A stretch of 64,000 bases of DNA from Candidatus Spongiisociaceae bacterium. GTDB taxonomy: Bacteria; Actinomycetota; Acidimicrobiia; Spongiisociales; Spongiisociaceae. The position numbers and the translations under genes were made by a program. The notes under the pieces were generated by a model that ran no database searches, was not told where the DNA came from, and worked only from the letters and a program-made list of their open reading frames with translations. Location of the stretch: assembly GCA_965219685.1 (NCBI GenBank), contig CBDCOH010000002.1, forward strand, positions 704,001-768,000. The letters are read 5' to 3'. Below, piece by piece: positions 1 to 10,600 of the stretch (the stretch's first letter is position 1; every line of letters starts with the position of its first letter).

Positions 1-655
1 GTTTCCGGGAACCCGCGGACTGAACGGAACGGTGGTCGGGTATCCGCTGCGGAGCGCGCTCGCCAACCTCGACAGGGCCGTGTCTCGAGCCGGCGCTCTC
101 GAGCGTTACGACCTGGATCCCGCGCACCCGACGCTGGGCGTGGTGGGAGGCAGTCTGGGGGCGAGTGCGATCAATCAGGCCGTGACCCGGATGGCGGCTT
201 CGTGGGACGAAGGTCCGCTGCAGGTGGTCCATCTGGCCGGCGCATCCCAGGCGGAACGGGTGCGGGTGGACGCAGACGCGCACGCGGTGACCAGGGTTGT
301 GGTCGGGTACGAGAACCGTATGGATCTCTTCTACGCCGCTGTCGATCTGCTCGTCGCCCGGGCCGGGGGAGGGCTAATGGAGGCAGCCGCGTCGGGTATT
401 CCGGCCATCCTGGTTCCCGGCGCATTCGGAGGGCGTCACCAACTCGGCAACGCACAAGCGATGGCGCAGGCGGGAGGCGCGGTCGTGCTGGACGAAGCGG
501 GTCTCGACTCGCTCGGAGAGACGGTCGCGGGGCTGCTTTCAGACGCCGCGCGCCGGGACGAGATGAGCAGGGCGGCCATCGAGGTGGCGAGGCCCGGTGC
601 GGCAGCCGCCATTGCGGACACGATGCTCGAGAGCGCCCATGCGATCCCTCGATGA
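1..655 (+). CDS. murG: MurG glycosyltransferase, C-terminal part (5' truncated by the window)
   Basis: Open frame from the window edge; GGSLGA, ARAGG and HQxxNA motifs of GT28; lies directly before murC. Confidence 0.93.
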   Translation, partial: FPGTRGLNGTVVGYPLRSALANLDRAVSRAGALERYDLDPAHPTLGVVGGSLGASAINQAVTRMAASWDEGPLQVVHLAGASQAERVRVDADAHAVTRVVVGYENRMDLFYAAVDLLVARAGGGLMEAAASGIPAILVPGAFGGRHQLGNAQAMAQAGGAVVLDEAGLDSLGETVAGLLSDAARRDEMSRAAIEVARPGAAAAIADTMLESAHAIPR

Positions 656-2003
656 GCCGGGCCGGATCCACATAGTCGGGGTCGCGGGGGCCGGAATGGG
701 CCCACTGGCCAAGCTCCTGGTGGCCATGGGTCATCGGGTTACCGGATCCGACCTCTGTCCGGGACCCTCCGTGGATGAACTGCGCCGTCTCGGCATCGAG
801 ATCTGGCAGGGAAGCCGGCCCGAACGGATGACCTCCTGCGAGCTGGTCGTCGCGTCATCGGCGGTTCCCGGGAGCGATCCCGAGCTAAGGGCGGCGGAGG
901 CGGCCGACGTTCCGGTGTGGGAACGCCCCGCGCTGCTCGAGATCCTGACCGCTCGTATACCCACCATCGGCGTAACGGGAACCCACGGCAAGACCACTTC
1001 CACCGCGCTGGCGATCAACGCCGCCAGGGCGCTGGGTCTCGACCCGTCCTTCATAGTGGGTGGTGACCTGGTGGACATCGGTACGAACGCCCACCTGGGA
1101 ACGGACAACATCCTCGTTCTCGAGGCCGACGAGGCCTTCGGTACCTTCACCCACCTCACGTTCCACGGGCTGATGGTGACCAACGTCGACTCGGACCACT
1201 TGGACCACTACGGCACCCGGGACAACCTCGAGGCCACATTCGGCGCAGTCGTCGACCGTGTGGCGGGACCCGTGGTGGTGGGTGTCGACGATCCGGGGGG
1301 CCGCAGGCTGGCCCGGCGGACCCGGAGACCGGGATACGGTACGTCACCGGATGCCGAGTGGAGGATCACCGAAGTCATACCCGGGCCATCGCATGTCTCG
1401 TTCCGGTTGGGGGGGAGGTTTCGCCCGAGGAGGGTGACCGTGGGCCGACCCGGATTGCACACGGCTCGTAACGCGTGCGGCGTCCTGGCTCTCCTGGCCG
1501 AACTGGGTTACGACCCGGCGGACGCCATTGCCGGGATGGCGCGTTTCGGGGGAGTGCGCCGGCGCCTGGAAATGCGGGCCACCGTGGCCGGGGTGACCAT
1601 CCTCGACAGTTATGCCCACCACCCGACGGAGGTGGCCGCCGACCTCGCTGCGATCGCTCCAATCGACAGGAACCGCCTGTGGGTGGTCTTCCAACCCCAC
1701 CTGTACTCGAGGACCGGAGCCTTGGCAGCCGAGTTCGGGAAGGCGCTGGCCGCTGCCGATCGGTTGGTGGTCACGGATGTGTACGGGGCTCGAGAGGCAC
1801 CGGTTCCGGGCGTGACCGGCGCCCTTGTAGCGGATGCGGCTCGACTCGGCGGTGTCGCGGTGGATTACGTTCCCCGACTGGAGGACGTCGCCGGTTTCAT
1901 CGCGGACCGTGTCGAGTCGGGAGACCTGGTGCTGACGCTTGGGGCGGGGGACATAACGTCTCTACCGGACGGCCTCGCCGAGAGCCTGAGGCGTTCGGCA
2001 TGA
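639..2003 (+). CDS. murC: UDP-N-acetylmuramate--L-alanine ligase
   Basis: IHIVGVAGAGM, GTHGKTTST, EADE and DSYAHHPTE motifs; ATG at 639 overlaps the murG end. Confidence 0.96.
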   Translation: MRSLDEPGRIHIVGVAGAGMGPLAKLLVAMGHRVTGSDLCPGPSVDELRRLGIEIWQGSRPERMTSCELVVASSAVPGSDPELRAAEAADVPVWERPALLEILTARIPTIGVTGTHGKTTSTALAINAARALGLDPSFIVGGDLVDIGTNAHLGTDNILVLEADEAFGTFTHLTFHGLMVTNVDSDHLDHYGTRDNLEATFGAVVDRVAGPVVVGVDDPGGRRLARRTRRPGYGTSPDAEWRITEVIPGPSHVSFRLGGRFRPRRVTVGRPGLHTARNACGVLALLAELGYDPADAIAGMARFGGVRRRLEMRATVAGVTILDSYAHHPTEVAADLAAIAPIDRNRLWVVFQPHLYSRTGALAAEFGKALAAADRLVVTDVYGAREAPVPGVTGALVADAARLGGVAVDYVPRLEDVAGFIADRVESGDLVLTLGAGDITSLPDGLAESLRRSA

Positions 2004-2905
2004 CCGCCTGGGAGGCTCTGCGGGTCGGAGGACACATCGTCTCCGACGTGGAGATCGGGTCACTCACCACTTACAAGCTGGGAGGACGCGCCCGGTGGTT
2101 CTGCGAGCCGGACTCGGTGGAGTCTCTCGTGAACGTCATCAATGCCGCAACCGAGCGGGGTGTGGACACTCTGATGCTGGGAAGGGGAAGCAACCTGGTC
2201 GTGTCGGATCGCGGCTACGAGGGTCTTGTCGTGCGGTTGAAGGGTGATTTCCGTGATGTTCACGTCGATCGGGACGCAGGACTGGTCACGGCCGGCGCCG
2301 CGGTCGCGCTCCCTCTGCTCGCGCGCCGGGTGGCGCGGGAGGAACTGGGTTCGCTGGAGTTCTATGTGGGCATCCCAGGATCGGTCGGTGGGGCAGTCGC
2401 GATGAACGCCGGTTTCTACGGTACGGAGACGTCGGATGTGCTGGCATCGGCCACGCTTCTGGACAAGAGGTCCGGATCGGTCGGCGAGTTGGCTGCGGAC
2501 CAGCTCGGCTTCGGGTACAGGACCAGCAACGTCACGGAGGATGACCTGGTGCTGCGCGCCGTCTTCCGAGTGCGACCGCGCCCGGGGGTCGAGGTCTCGG
2601 CGCTGATGCGCGAGGCAATACGGTGGCGCCGCGACAACCAGCCGGGTGGGACCCTGAACGCGGGAAGCATCTTCCGCAATCCTCCCGGTGATGCCGCCGG
2701 GAGGATCATCGACTCGCTCGGTCTCAAGGGCATGCGACGGGGAGGTGCACACGTCTCACACCGTCACGCCAACTTCTTCGTCGCCGACCCGGGTACCCGT
2801 GCGCAGGATGTGTACGAGCTGGTTGATGCAGTCCGCGGCTTGGTCCACGAACGGACCGGGACCCTGCTCGAGCCGGAAGTCCGTTTCGCGGGCCGGTTCA
2901 CCTGA
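2000..2905 (+). CDS. murB: UDP-N-acetylenolpyruvoylglucosamine reductase
   Basis: LGRGSNL, GIPGSVGGAVAMNAG, GSIFRNP, HANF and LEPEV motifs; ATGA overlap with murC. Confidence 0.96.
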   Translation: MTAWEALRVGGHIVSDVEIGSLTTYKLGGRARWFCEPDSVESLVNVINAATERGVDTLMLGRGSNLVVSDRGYEGLVVRLKGDFRDVHVDRDAGLVTAGAAVALPLLARRVAREELGSLEFYVGIPGSVGGAVAMNAGFYGTETSDVLASATLLDKRSGSVGELAADQLGFGYRTSNVTEDDLVLRAVFRVRPRPGVEVSALMREAIRWRRDNQPGGTLNAGSIFRNPPGDAAGRIIDSLGLKGMRRGGAHVSHRHANFFVADPGTRAQDVYELVDAVRGLVHERTGTLLEPEVRFAGRFT

Positions 2906-2948
2906 TGAGCGTAGTGGTGACCGGCGGCATGGTCGATGGAGAACAGCC

Positions 2949-3725
2949 TTGAGGGTAGATCCGCGCATAATCCGACGCCGTCTCGAGGTTGCCGAGGAGC
3001 AGGCTCGATCGAGGGTGCGCAGATCCCTGATACTGCTTGTGGCTCTGGCTGGAGCCGGTTGTGTCGCCTGGTTCTTCGTTTCGCCTCTGATGAGTGTCCG
3101 AGCTGTAGTGGTAAATGGCGCCAGCCGGTCGGCCGTCGACGAGATCCTCTCCGACGCCAAGGTGGTCGAGGGTAGGCCCATGGTGGCGATCCGGGTCGGC
3201 GCGATCGAGGAGCATCTGGTGGCCGATCCGTGGATCGAATCGGCGTCGGTCAAGGTGGTATTCCCAACCACAGTCGAGGTGGCCGTGCGGGAGCGGGAAC
3301 CGATCGCCTGGATCCGGTTGGAGGATCGGTGGGGTCTCCTGGCGGACGGCGGGCGTCTTGTCGAGTATGCCGACAGCCCGATGCCGATCCGTTCCCTGAT
3401 CAGGATTCCCGTGGAGGACCCCGGACTCGGTGCGGCGGTCGAGAACGAGATCGTATCCGGCGCCTTGGAGTTCCTAGGCGCCCTTCCCGAAGATCTCGCC
3501 CGGCGGAGCGTGGCGAAGGTGGTGGACGAAGAGATCTGGGTCTTGGTCGGGTACAGGTCGGTCCGGATAGGACTTCCCGTCGAGATGGAGGCCAAGGCGG
3601 CTTCTCTGATCGCGATGATCAACACTGCGCATGGAGGAGTTATAGACGTTACCGCACCAAGTCGACCGGCAATCCGGTCTCAGGACACAGCCGGAGAGGG
3701 CTTGTCCGATAGCATTGACGTTTAG
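2949..3725 (+). CDS. ftsQ: Cell division protein FtsQ/DivIB
   Basis: One TM helix then a POTRA-like segment (PWIESASVKVVFPTTVEVAVREREP); TTG start with GGAG upstream; sits before ftsZ. Confidence 0.88.
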   Translation: MRVDPRIIRRRLEVAEEQARSRVRRSLILLVALAGAGCVAWFFVSPLMSVRAVVVNGASRSAVDEILSDAKVVEGRPMVAIRVGAIEEHLVADPWIESASVKVVFPTTVEVAVREREPIAWIRLEDRWGLLADGGRLVEYADSPMPIRSLIRIPVEDPGLGAAVENEIVSGALEFLGALPEDLARRSVAKVVDEEIWVLVGYRSVRIGLPVEMEAKAASLIAMINTAHGGVIDVTAPSRPAIRSQDTAGEGLSDSIDV

Positions 3726-3727
3726 GT

Positions 3728-3748
3728 TTAACCACAACCAGAGGTTAA
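3728..3748. promoter_or_regulatory. Palindromic operator-like site upstream of ftsZ
   Basis: TTAACC-N9-GGTTAA in the AT-rich ftsQ-ftsZ gap. Confidence 0.45.
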
Positions 3749-3878
3749 TCTCTAGGGTGAAGCTGTGCCATGGCGTATGCTCTGGTGCAATCCGATCCGG
3801 ACCTCCCGCCCCGGCTTGGGACGGGTGCTGTTCGGAGCAAGAGGATCAGATCAGGCTGAGCGGGAGGGACTTAGGCAC

Positions 3879-4958
3879 ATGGCCGTGACCAATGTTGGCG
3901 GGTTGCATAGCTACGTAGCTGTTATCAAGGTGGTTGGGGTTGGCGGTGGGGGGATGAACGCTGTCAATCGAATGGTCGAAGCGGGCATTCGAGGTGTCGA
4001 GTTCATAGCTGTCAACACCGATGCCCAGGCGCTCCTGATGTCGGATGCCGACATCAAACTGGACATCGGCCGGGATGTGACCAGGGGGCTGGGAGCGGGG
4101 GCGAACCCCGAAGTAGGCAAGGCGGCGGCAGAGGCGCACCGCGAAGAACTCGAGGACGTGCTCACAGGTTCCGACTTGGTCTTCGTCACGGTCGGTCAAG
4201 GGGGTGGGACCGGTACCGGTGGCGCTCCGGTAGTCGCCGAGACGGCCCGCAACCTGGGGGCGCTGACCGTAGGTGTTGTGACCCGTCCCTTCGGGTTCGA
4301 AGGACAGCGGCGTTCGGTGCAGGCGGAACAGGGAATTGCCGAGCTACGGGAAGCCGTCGATGCGTTGATCGTGATTCCCAACGACAACCTTCTGTCCGTC
4401 GCCGATCGTTCGATGTCGATGGTGGATGCCTTCGCGTTGGCGGACGAGGTGTTGAAGGATGGAGTGACCGGCATCACCGAGATCATCACCAATCCCGGTT
4501 TGATCAACGTGGACTTCGCAGATGTCAAGACCGTGCTCGGCGACGCAGGCACGGCGGTGATGGGCATCGGAAAGGCGTCGGGAGACAATCGGGCCGCACA
4601 GGCGGCCGAGAGAGCGATGGCCAGCCCGCTGCTCGAGACCTCGATGGAAGGCGCGTCGGGGGTCCTGCTCTCGATAACCGGTCCTCTCGACCTGACCCTG
4701 TACGAGGTGAACGAGGCGGCGTCGAGTGTCCAGTCGTTCTGCGAGCCTGACGCCCAGATTATCTTCGGTGCGACCCCCGACGAGTCCGCGGGGGAGGAGT
4801 TCCGCGTTACCGTAATCGCCGCCGGTGTCGGTGGATCGCGACGGTCTCGCGAAACGGTGACCACCTCGACCAGGCCGAGGCGCCGGTCCGGTTCCGAGCG
4901 GATTCTCTCCATCCCGGAGGACGATCCCTTCGACATCCCGGACTTCGTCGAAGGATGA
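3879..4958 (+). CDS. ftsZ: Cell division GTPase FtsZ
   Basis: [28 protein letters not shown] and C-terminal DIPDF peptide. Confidence 0.98.
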   Translation: MAVTNVGGLHSYVAVIKVVGVGGGGMNAVNRMVEAGIRGVEFIAVNTDAQALLMSDADIKLDIGRDVTRGLGAGANPEVGKAAAEAHREELEDVLTGSDLVFVTVGQGGGTGTGGAPVVAETARNLGALTVGVVTRPFGFEGQRRSVQAEQGIAELREAVDALIVIPNDNLLSVADRSMSMVDAFALADEVLKDGVTGITEIITNPGLINVDFADVKTVLGDAGTAVMGIGKASGDNRAAQAAERAMASPLLETSMEGASGVLLSITGPLDLTLYEVNEAASSVQSFCEPDAQIIFGATPDESAGEEFRVTVIAAGVGGSRRSRETVTTSTRPRRRSGSERILSIPEDDPFDIPDFVEG

Positions 4959-4980
4959 TCCGGGGCTGTCTCGACTTGCG

Positions 4981-5610
4981 GTGATCATCCGACCGCCCGG
5001 CTTCCGGGGGGCCGCATTCACGACGGCCTCGGAGGGGGACATGGTGCGTCGGGGTCCTGCCTCGGTATCGATGAGTATCGGGATACAGTCCGAGTGGGCC
5101 ACCATCCGCCAGGTGCACGGTGCTGCTGTCCTAGAAGTGGCCCGGCCCGGACGGGCCGGGGTCGGGGACGCCCTTGTGACGAGAGCGATCGGGCTACCCC
5201 TGGCGGTTCTCACAGCAGACTGTGGGGGAATCGTGCTCGAGTCGGATGGCGCGGTGGGGGTGGTCCATGCGGGTTGGCGCGGGGTAGCGGCCGGAGTCGT
5301 GGCTGAGGCAGCCGGGTATCTCGAGGGACTGTCGGAAGGCCGGAAGCGGGTTTCGAGAGCCGCGGTCGGCCCGCTTATAGGCCCGTGCTGCTTCGAGGTC
5401 GGAGACGAAGTCGTGGAGCGACTCGGGGGTTGGCAGTCGACAACTCGGTGGGGAACAACGTCTGTCGATCTGGGCGAGGCGATCCGTGCGCAGGTTCCGG
5501 GTGCGTCGTGGTGGTCGGCGGATGCCTGCACGCGATGCGGGGAGGGGTGGTTTTCCTACCGCGCAACCGGCACGGAGTCGCGCATGGCGGCAATAGGATG
5601 GATGCCGTGA
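4981..5610 (+). CDS. pgeF: PgeF/YlmD purine nucleoside phosphorylase (laccase-domain)
   Basis: QVHG, TADC, HAGWRG, IGPCCFEVG and FSYR motifs. Confidence 0.92.
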   Translation: MIIRPPGFRGAAFTTASEGDMVRRGPASVSMSIGIQSEWATIRQVHGAAVLEVARPGRAGVGDALVTRAIGLPLAVLTADCGGIVLESDGAVGVVHAGWRGVAAGVVAEAAGYLEGLSEGRKRVSRAAVGPLIGPCCFEVGDEVVERLGGWQSTTRWGTTSVDLGEAIRAQVPGASWWSADACTRCGEGWFSYRATGTESRMAAIGWMP

Positions 5611-6281
5611 CTGTTTCGGCTCGCCTCGAAGAAGTGAGACAGAGGGTGGCGTCGGCGGCTGCCCGATCCGGTAGGAGCACGGATGAGATAGAGGTAGTCG
5701 CTGTGGGCAAGGGCCACTCCGTCGCCGTGCTTCGGGAGGCGTTTGACGCCGGGCAGGGTGTGTTCGGGGAGAACCGCGCTCAGGAGTTGAGACACAAGGT
5801 CGACGGGCTCCCTGACACCGTGATCTGGCACTTCGTGGGTCCCTTGCAGACGAACAAGGTTCGGATCGTGCGTCCCAGGGTGAGTCTCCTCCAGTCCTTC
5901 GACAGGGACAGGCTCGTACGTCCATGGTTGAAGGGGCAGGACGAGCCTCCTCCCGTGCTGCTGCAGGTGAACATCGGCCAAGAGCCCCAGAAGCACGGAG
6001 TGTCCCCCGCACTGGTATCCGAGACTTTCGACAGGTGGGACCAGGCGGGCGTTCACCTCGACGGGATCATGGCGATCCCTCCGCTCGGCAACGATGCTGA
6101 GGATGCCAGGCCGTACTTCATGCGGATGCGCCGGATCAGGGATGAACTCAGCGAGCGCTCCGGACGCGATCTCGCCCTGAGTATGGGAATGACCGACGAC
6201 TTCGAAGTTGCGATCGAGGAAGGATCCACCATGGTTCGGGTCGGACGGGCTATCTTTGGTCGACGACCGACAGTGGGGTAG
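5607..6281 (+). CDS. yggS: YggS/YlmE PLP homeostasis protein
   Basis: FGENRAQE, WHFVGPLQTNK, LSMGMTDD and VRVGRAIFG motifs; GTG at 5607 overlaps the pgeF stop (ATG 5598 is an alternative). Confidence 0.95.
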   Translation: MTVSARLEEVRQRVASAAARSGRSTDEIEVVAVGKGHSVAVLREAFDAGQGVFGENRAQELRHKVDGLPDTVIWHFVGPLQTNKVRIVRPRVSLLQSFDRDRLVRPWLKGQDEPPPVLLQVNIGQEPQKHGVSPALVSETFDRWDQAGVHLDGIMAIPPLGNDAEDARPYFMRMRRIRDELSERSGRDLALSMGMTDDFEVAIEEGSTMVRVGRAIFGRRPTVG

Positions 6282-6283
6282 CT

Positions 6284-6835
6284 ATGAGCTCCGTGAACAG
6301 AGTACTTACGTGGCTGGGGTTGGTGGACGAGGGCGAGCCGCCGCGGGACCTTTCGAGGGATCCTCGGCTCGCAGGAGGCACGCCGCGCCGTCCTGCACAG
6401 CGCCCCCAGGCACATCCCGTGGGCGCCGAGGCCGGCCCGGAACCGGCAGGCAGGCAGCGTCGCGCTGAGGCGGCTCCCACCTATCGACGTCCGACCAGCT
6501 TCACACCCGATCTGAGCGTCGTGGTGCGACCGGGCGATCAGGCCGGCTCCATGGTCGGCTATACCGAGACCATCGAGGTGCGGGGGTTCGACGATGCGAA
6601 GCGGATCGCCGACCTGCTGAGGGAGAGGGTGCCGGTGATCGTCAACCTCAGAGGCACGGAGCCGACCCTGGTTCGCAGACTGGTCGATTTCTCGAGTGGC
6701 TTGGTCTACGCGCTCGACGGCTCGATCCGCAAGGTGTCGGAAGGTGTTCTTCTGGTCAGCCCTCCGCGGGTGAAGATTCTGGACCGCGAGCTTCGGCGGC
6801 TGTCCGAACTCGGACTGTACGACCTGGAAACGTAG
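6284..6835 (+). CDS. sepF: Cell division protein SepF
   Basis: N-terminal amphipathic WLGLVD; C-terminal VIVNL...RRLVDFSSGLVYALDG. Confidence 0.94.
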   Translation: MSSVNRVLTWLGLVDEGEPPRDLSRDPRLAGGTPRRPAQRPQAHPVGAEAGPEPAGRQRRAEAAPTYRRPTSFTPDLSVVVRPGDQAGSMVGYTETIEVRGFDDAKRIADLLRERVPVIVNLRGTEPTLVRRLVDFSSGLVYALDGSIRKVSEGVLLVSPPRVKILDRELRRLSELGLYDLET

Positions 6836-6838
6836 GAA

Positions 6839-7096
6839 ATGCTGAGGCTCATCTGCTCGCTTCTGGGCATCTATGTGGTCGCGGTCATCGCCCGTGTGAT
6901 CCTCAGTTGGGTGGGCGTGCCCAGCGACCATCCGGTCGGTCGCCTCCTGTCCGTGTTGTCGAGATTGGTCGATCCCCCGCTCCGTTCCATCGGGCGGGTG
7001 GTGCCGGCGATCCCGCTGGGAAACGTGCGTCTCGATCTGTCTCCCCTCGTACTCCTGGTCGGCATCTCGCTGGTCCGCCAGATCATCTGTAGGTAG
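6839..7096 (+). CDS. yggT: YggT/YlmG membrane protein
   Basis: ARVILSW...DP.L...LDLSPL pattern; position after sepF. Confidence 0.9.
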   Translation: MLRLICSLLGIYVVAVIARVILSWVGVPSDHPVGRLLSVLSRLVDPPLRSIGRVVPAIPLGNVRLDLSPLVLLVGISLVRQIICR

Positions 7097-7099
7097 GAA

Positions 7100-7606
7100 A
7101 TGCGCATAACCTCCAGCGATGTGGAAGCCGTCAAGTTCCGGGTAGCTATCCGCGGCTACGCCGAGGATGAGGTGGACAACTTCCTGGACCTAGTCATCGA
7201 CACGATGGGCGACTACGAGAAACGCGAGGCCGAGGCCCAGGCAGAGATCGAACGCCTCCGGACCGCCCTCGACGAGTGCGTGGCCACTCGCCTGGACGAG
7301 GCCGAGACATCCAGATCGCTAAAGGAACAGGTGGCAGACGTTAGAGCTCGGATGCAGGAAGTGGTGGAGGAAGCCAGTCGAACCTCGGAACGGGTCGTGG
7401 AAGAGGCGCTGAGAGCGGGTGAGCACCTCCTTGAGCAGGTCCGATCGGCGATATCGGTTACCCCCGACCAACCAGGGCGACGACCGTCCGATCAGTCCCC
7501 CGCGGGGGCCGAGAGCACCGAGGCGACCTCGCCGGGCCACCTATTCGGCCAGATACGGACGAGAATGTCCTCTGCCCTGGAACGGTCACCTCAAGATAGT
7601 GATTAG
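7100..7606 (+). CDS. divIVA: DivIVA-domain protein
   Basis: ITSSDV...FRVAIRGYAEDEVDNFLD followed by coiled coil. Confidence 0.85.
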   Translation: MRITSSDVEAVKFRVAIRGYAEDEVDNFLDLVIDTMGDYEKREAEAQAEIERLRTALDECVATRLDEAETSRSLKEQVADVRARMQEVVEEASRTSERVVEEALRAGEHLLEQVRSAISVTPDQPGRRPSDQSPAGAESTEATSPGHLFGQIRTRMSSALERSPQDSD

Positions 7607-7687
7607 TGAATGGTGAGTGGTGAATGGTGAGAAATACTAAACACTATTAAAACCGTCATTTTGATCCACCTGACACCTGACACTAGC
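7597..7687. repeat. Two-armed heptamer repeat locus between divIVA and ileS
   Basis: TAGTGAT TAGTGAA TGGTGAG TGGTGAA TGGTGAG (7597-7631), AT-rich spacer, then CACCTGA x2 + CACTAG (7667-7686). Confidence 0.8.
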
Positions 7688-10600
7688 TAGCGACCTCTAT
7701 CTCGAAGTGCAGTCGGGCGTCCCCTATCGTGACGGCCGTGCCGCGGGTATCTCTTCGAGATGTCAGGGAAGTGGCTAGCACCTCGCCGGCGATGAGTTCA
7801 CGGTGTTGCTCGATGGAGGCGTGCAGGGCGTCGCTGTCCGTCTGGTAGTCGATCCGGATACGGTCCGACACTTCCAGTCCGATGTCCCGCCGAGCCCTCT
7901 GGATCCTGGAGACCACCTCTCTGGCACGGCCCTCAGCCAGCAATTCCTCGGTCAGAGCCGTATCCAGTGCAACCGACAACGCTCCATCCGAAGCCACCAC
8001 GGTTCCTGGTCGCGGATGGCGGGAGATGATCACGTCTTCGGTTGTGAGGCGGTGTCCACTGAGGACGATGCCACCGCGCTCCACGAGCGCCGCCACATCG
8101 GGCCCCGACAGTTCGGCCAGCGTTCCCGCAACCTTCTTGACAGCCGGGCCGAGGCGCGGACCCAACCTCCTGAAGTTGGCCTTGGCCCTGAACTCCACCA
8201 CGGACAGTTCGTCCTCGGAGGTTTTGACTCCCTTGACGTTGAGTTCCTCGGCGATTATGCGGGCATGGCGTTCCACGGCCGATGCGACTTCGGGATCACC
8301 GCTCACCACGGTGAGGCCGGCGAGCGGCTGGCGAACCCCCACCGCGTGGTCGGATCGCAGGAAGCGTCCCAGCGTGACGACGCTGCGGGCCACTGACATC
8401 GATCGTTCCAGGTCCTCGTCGATCAGATCCTCCACCACCGACGGGTAGTCGGTGTGATGGACGCTGGTGGAGTCCGGTACCAGCCCGCGATGGATCTCCT
8501 CGGTGATGAACGGAAGAACCGGCGCCAAGAGGCGGCTGAACGTGACCAGCACCTCGTAGAGGGTGGCGAACGCCGCCCGCTTGTCCCGCTCGTGTCCTTC
8601 GCGGCTCCTCCAGAACCGGCGCCTGGATCTCCGCACGTACCAGTTGGTCAGGTCGTTGACGAAGCCGAGGGCCGGGCTGACCACCGCGTAGAGGTAATAC
8701 CCCTCCATGAGTCGGTTGGTCTGCCCTATCAACGACTGGAGGACGCTAAGGATCCAGCGATCGATCTCGGGCCGTTCGGCGGCGGGCGGGGCAGCGTGGA
8801 GATCGTGGTATCTCATCCCGTCCGCCTCGGCGTACGTAGTGAAGAACGAGTAGGCGTTCCAGAACGGAAGGATCACGGTGCGAACCACTTCCCGCACGCC
8901 CGCCTCCGAGAACCGGAGAGGCTCGGCCCGCAGCACCGGCGAATCGATCAGGTATGCGCGGACCGCATCGCCACCATAGCGGTGCAACATTGCCGACGGC
9001 TCCGGGTAGTTCTTCAGGCGCTTGGACATCTTTCGCCCATCCTCGGCCAGGATCATTCCGTTCACGACGCAGTTCTGGAAGGCCACGTCGTCGAAGAGGG
9101 CGGCTGCGAGAACATGGAGCGTGTAGAACCAGCCCCGGGTCTGATCGAGACCCTCGGCGATGAAGTCGGCAGGGAACCTCCGCGGGAACCGGTCCTCGTT
9201 GTCGAACGGGAAGTGGAGTTGTGCATAGGGCATGGACCCGGACTCGAACCAGCAGTCGAGGACTTCGGGTACGCGCACCATGACGCCGGGGCCCGTGGAG
9301 CCTGCGGCCGAACACGTGGGACACGGGTAGGTGACCTTGTCGACCACATGCTTGTGGAGGTCATCGAGCCACACTCCCGAGCGTTCCTCGAGCTCTGCGC
9401 GGCTTCCCAAGCAGTCCTGATGGCCGCACACCGTGCACTCCCACACCGGTATACAGCTTCCCCAGAACCGGTTGCGCGAAACCGCCCAGTCCCTCGCGTC
9501 CTCCAGCCAGTTCCCGAAGCGGTTCCTGCCCACGCTCCCGGGTACCCAGTGGATCGACTCGTTGAGTTCCACCATACGATCGCGGATTTCCTCGACCTTC
9601 ACGAACCAGGTGGGGATAGCCTTGTAGATGAGCGGCTGGTCGGTGCGGTAGCAGAAGGGGTAGGAGTGGAGGATCCGTTCGCTCCTCAGAAGAGCGCCGG
9701 ATCGCCGCAGGCGTTCGATGATCCTGCCCTCGGCCTCGTGGACATGCAGTCCGGCGAGGTCCGGCACCGCACTGGTGAAACGAGCCTCGAGGTTGACCGG
9801 GTCGACCAGCAGGTCGATCCCGCTCGCCCGCATGGCGTACATGTCTTCCTCTCCGTAGGCGGGCGCCATGTGGACGAGGCCGGTTCCCTCGTCGGTCTCT
9901 ACGGCCGGGCTGGGGATCACGCGGAATCCCCCCCTGTCCCGGAGATCCTCGTAGTAGTCCAAAGGTGGCCGGTAGACGGTTCCGAGCAGTTGCCTACCCG
10001 TGGCGGTGGCCACCGGATCGCGCCCATCGCCGAACACGGCATCCACTCGAGCGGCAGCAACCCAGCACCGGTTGTCCTCCTCGTCGATTGCTACGTATTC
10101 CACGTCCTCGCCCACGGCCACGACGAGGTTCCCCGGTAGGGTCCATGGGGTTGTGGTCCATACGGTCAGGTAGTCACCGACCCGGACGGGCCCTGAGCTG
10201 TCCTCGACATCCAGGACCTCCAGACGGAGGGTAACGGCCGGATCGTCCACCTCCCGGTAGCCTCCCAGGCTGACCTCGAAATTGGAGAGGGTCGTTCCAG
10301 CCGCCCACGAGTAGGGGAGAACCTTGAAGGCGCGGTAGACGAGTCCCTTGTCCCACAGGGAACGGAACACCCACCACACACTCTCCATGAACTCGGGATC
10401 CATGGTCTTGTAGTCGTTCTCGAAGTCGACCCAACGCCCGATCTTGCGGGTGATGTCCTCCCACTCCGCGGTGGTGACCTCGACCATTCTCCGGCATGCC
10501 TGGTTGAACTCGACGACTCCCAGCTCCTCGATCTGACGGGGGCCCGAGATGCCAAGCCGCTGCTCGACTTCCATCTCCACCGGCAGGCCGTGGGTGTCCC

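Noticed and set aside
1-4958. Absence of ftsA and ddl from the dcw cluster
   Set aside because: Lack of ftsA with sepF present is the normal actinobacterial state, and ddl is often located elsewhere.
8454-10139. Long antisense and alternative-frame ORFs (e.g. 561 aa opposite ileS; 19525-20937; 26435-27784)
   Set aside because: These are shadow ORFs expected in high-GC coding DNA, with no recognisable motifs.
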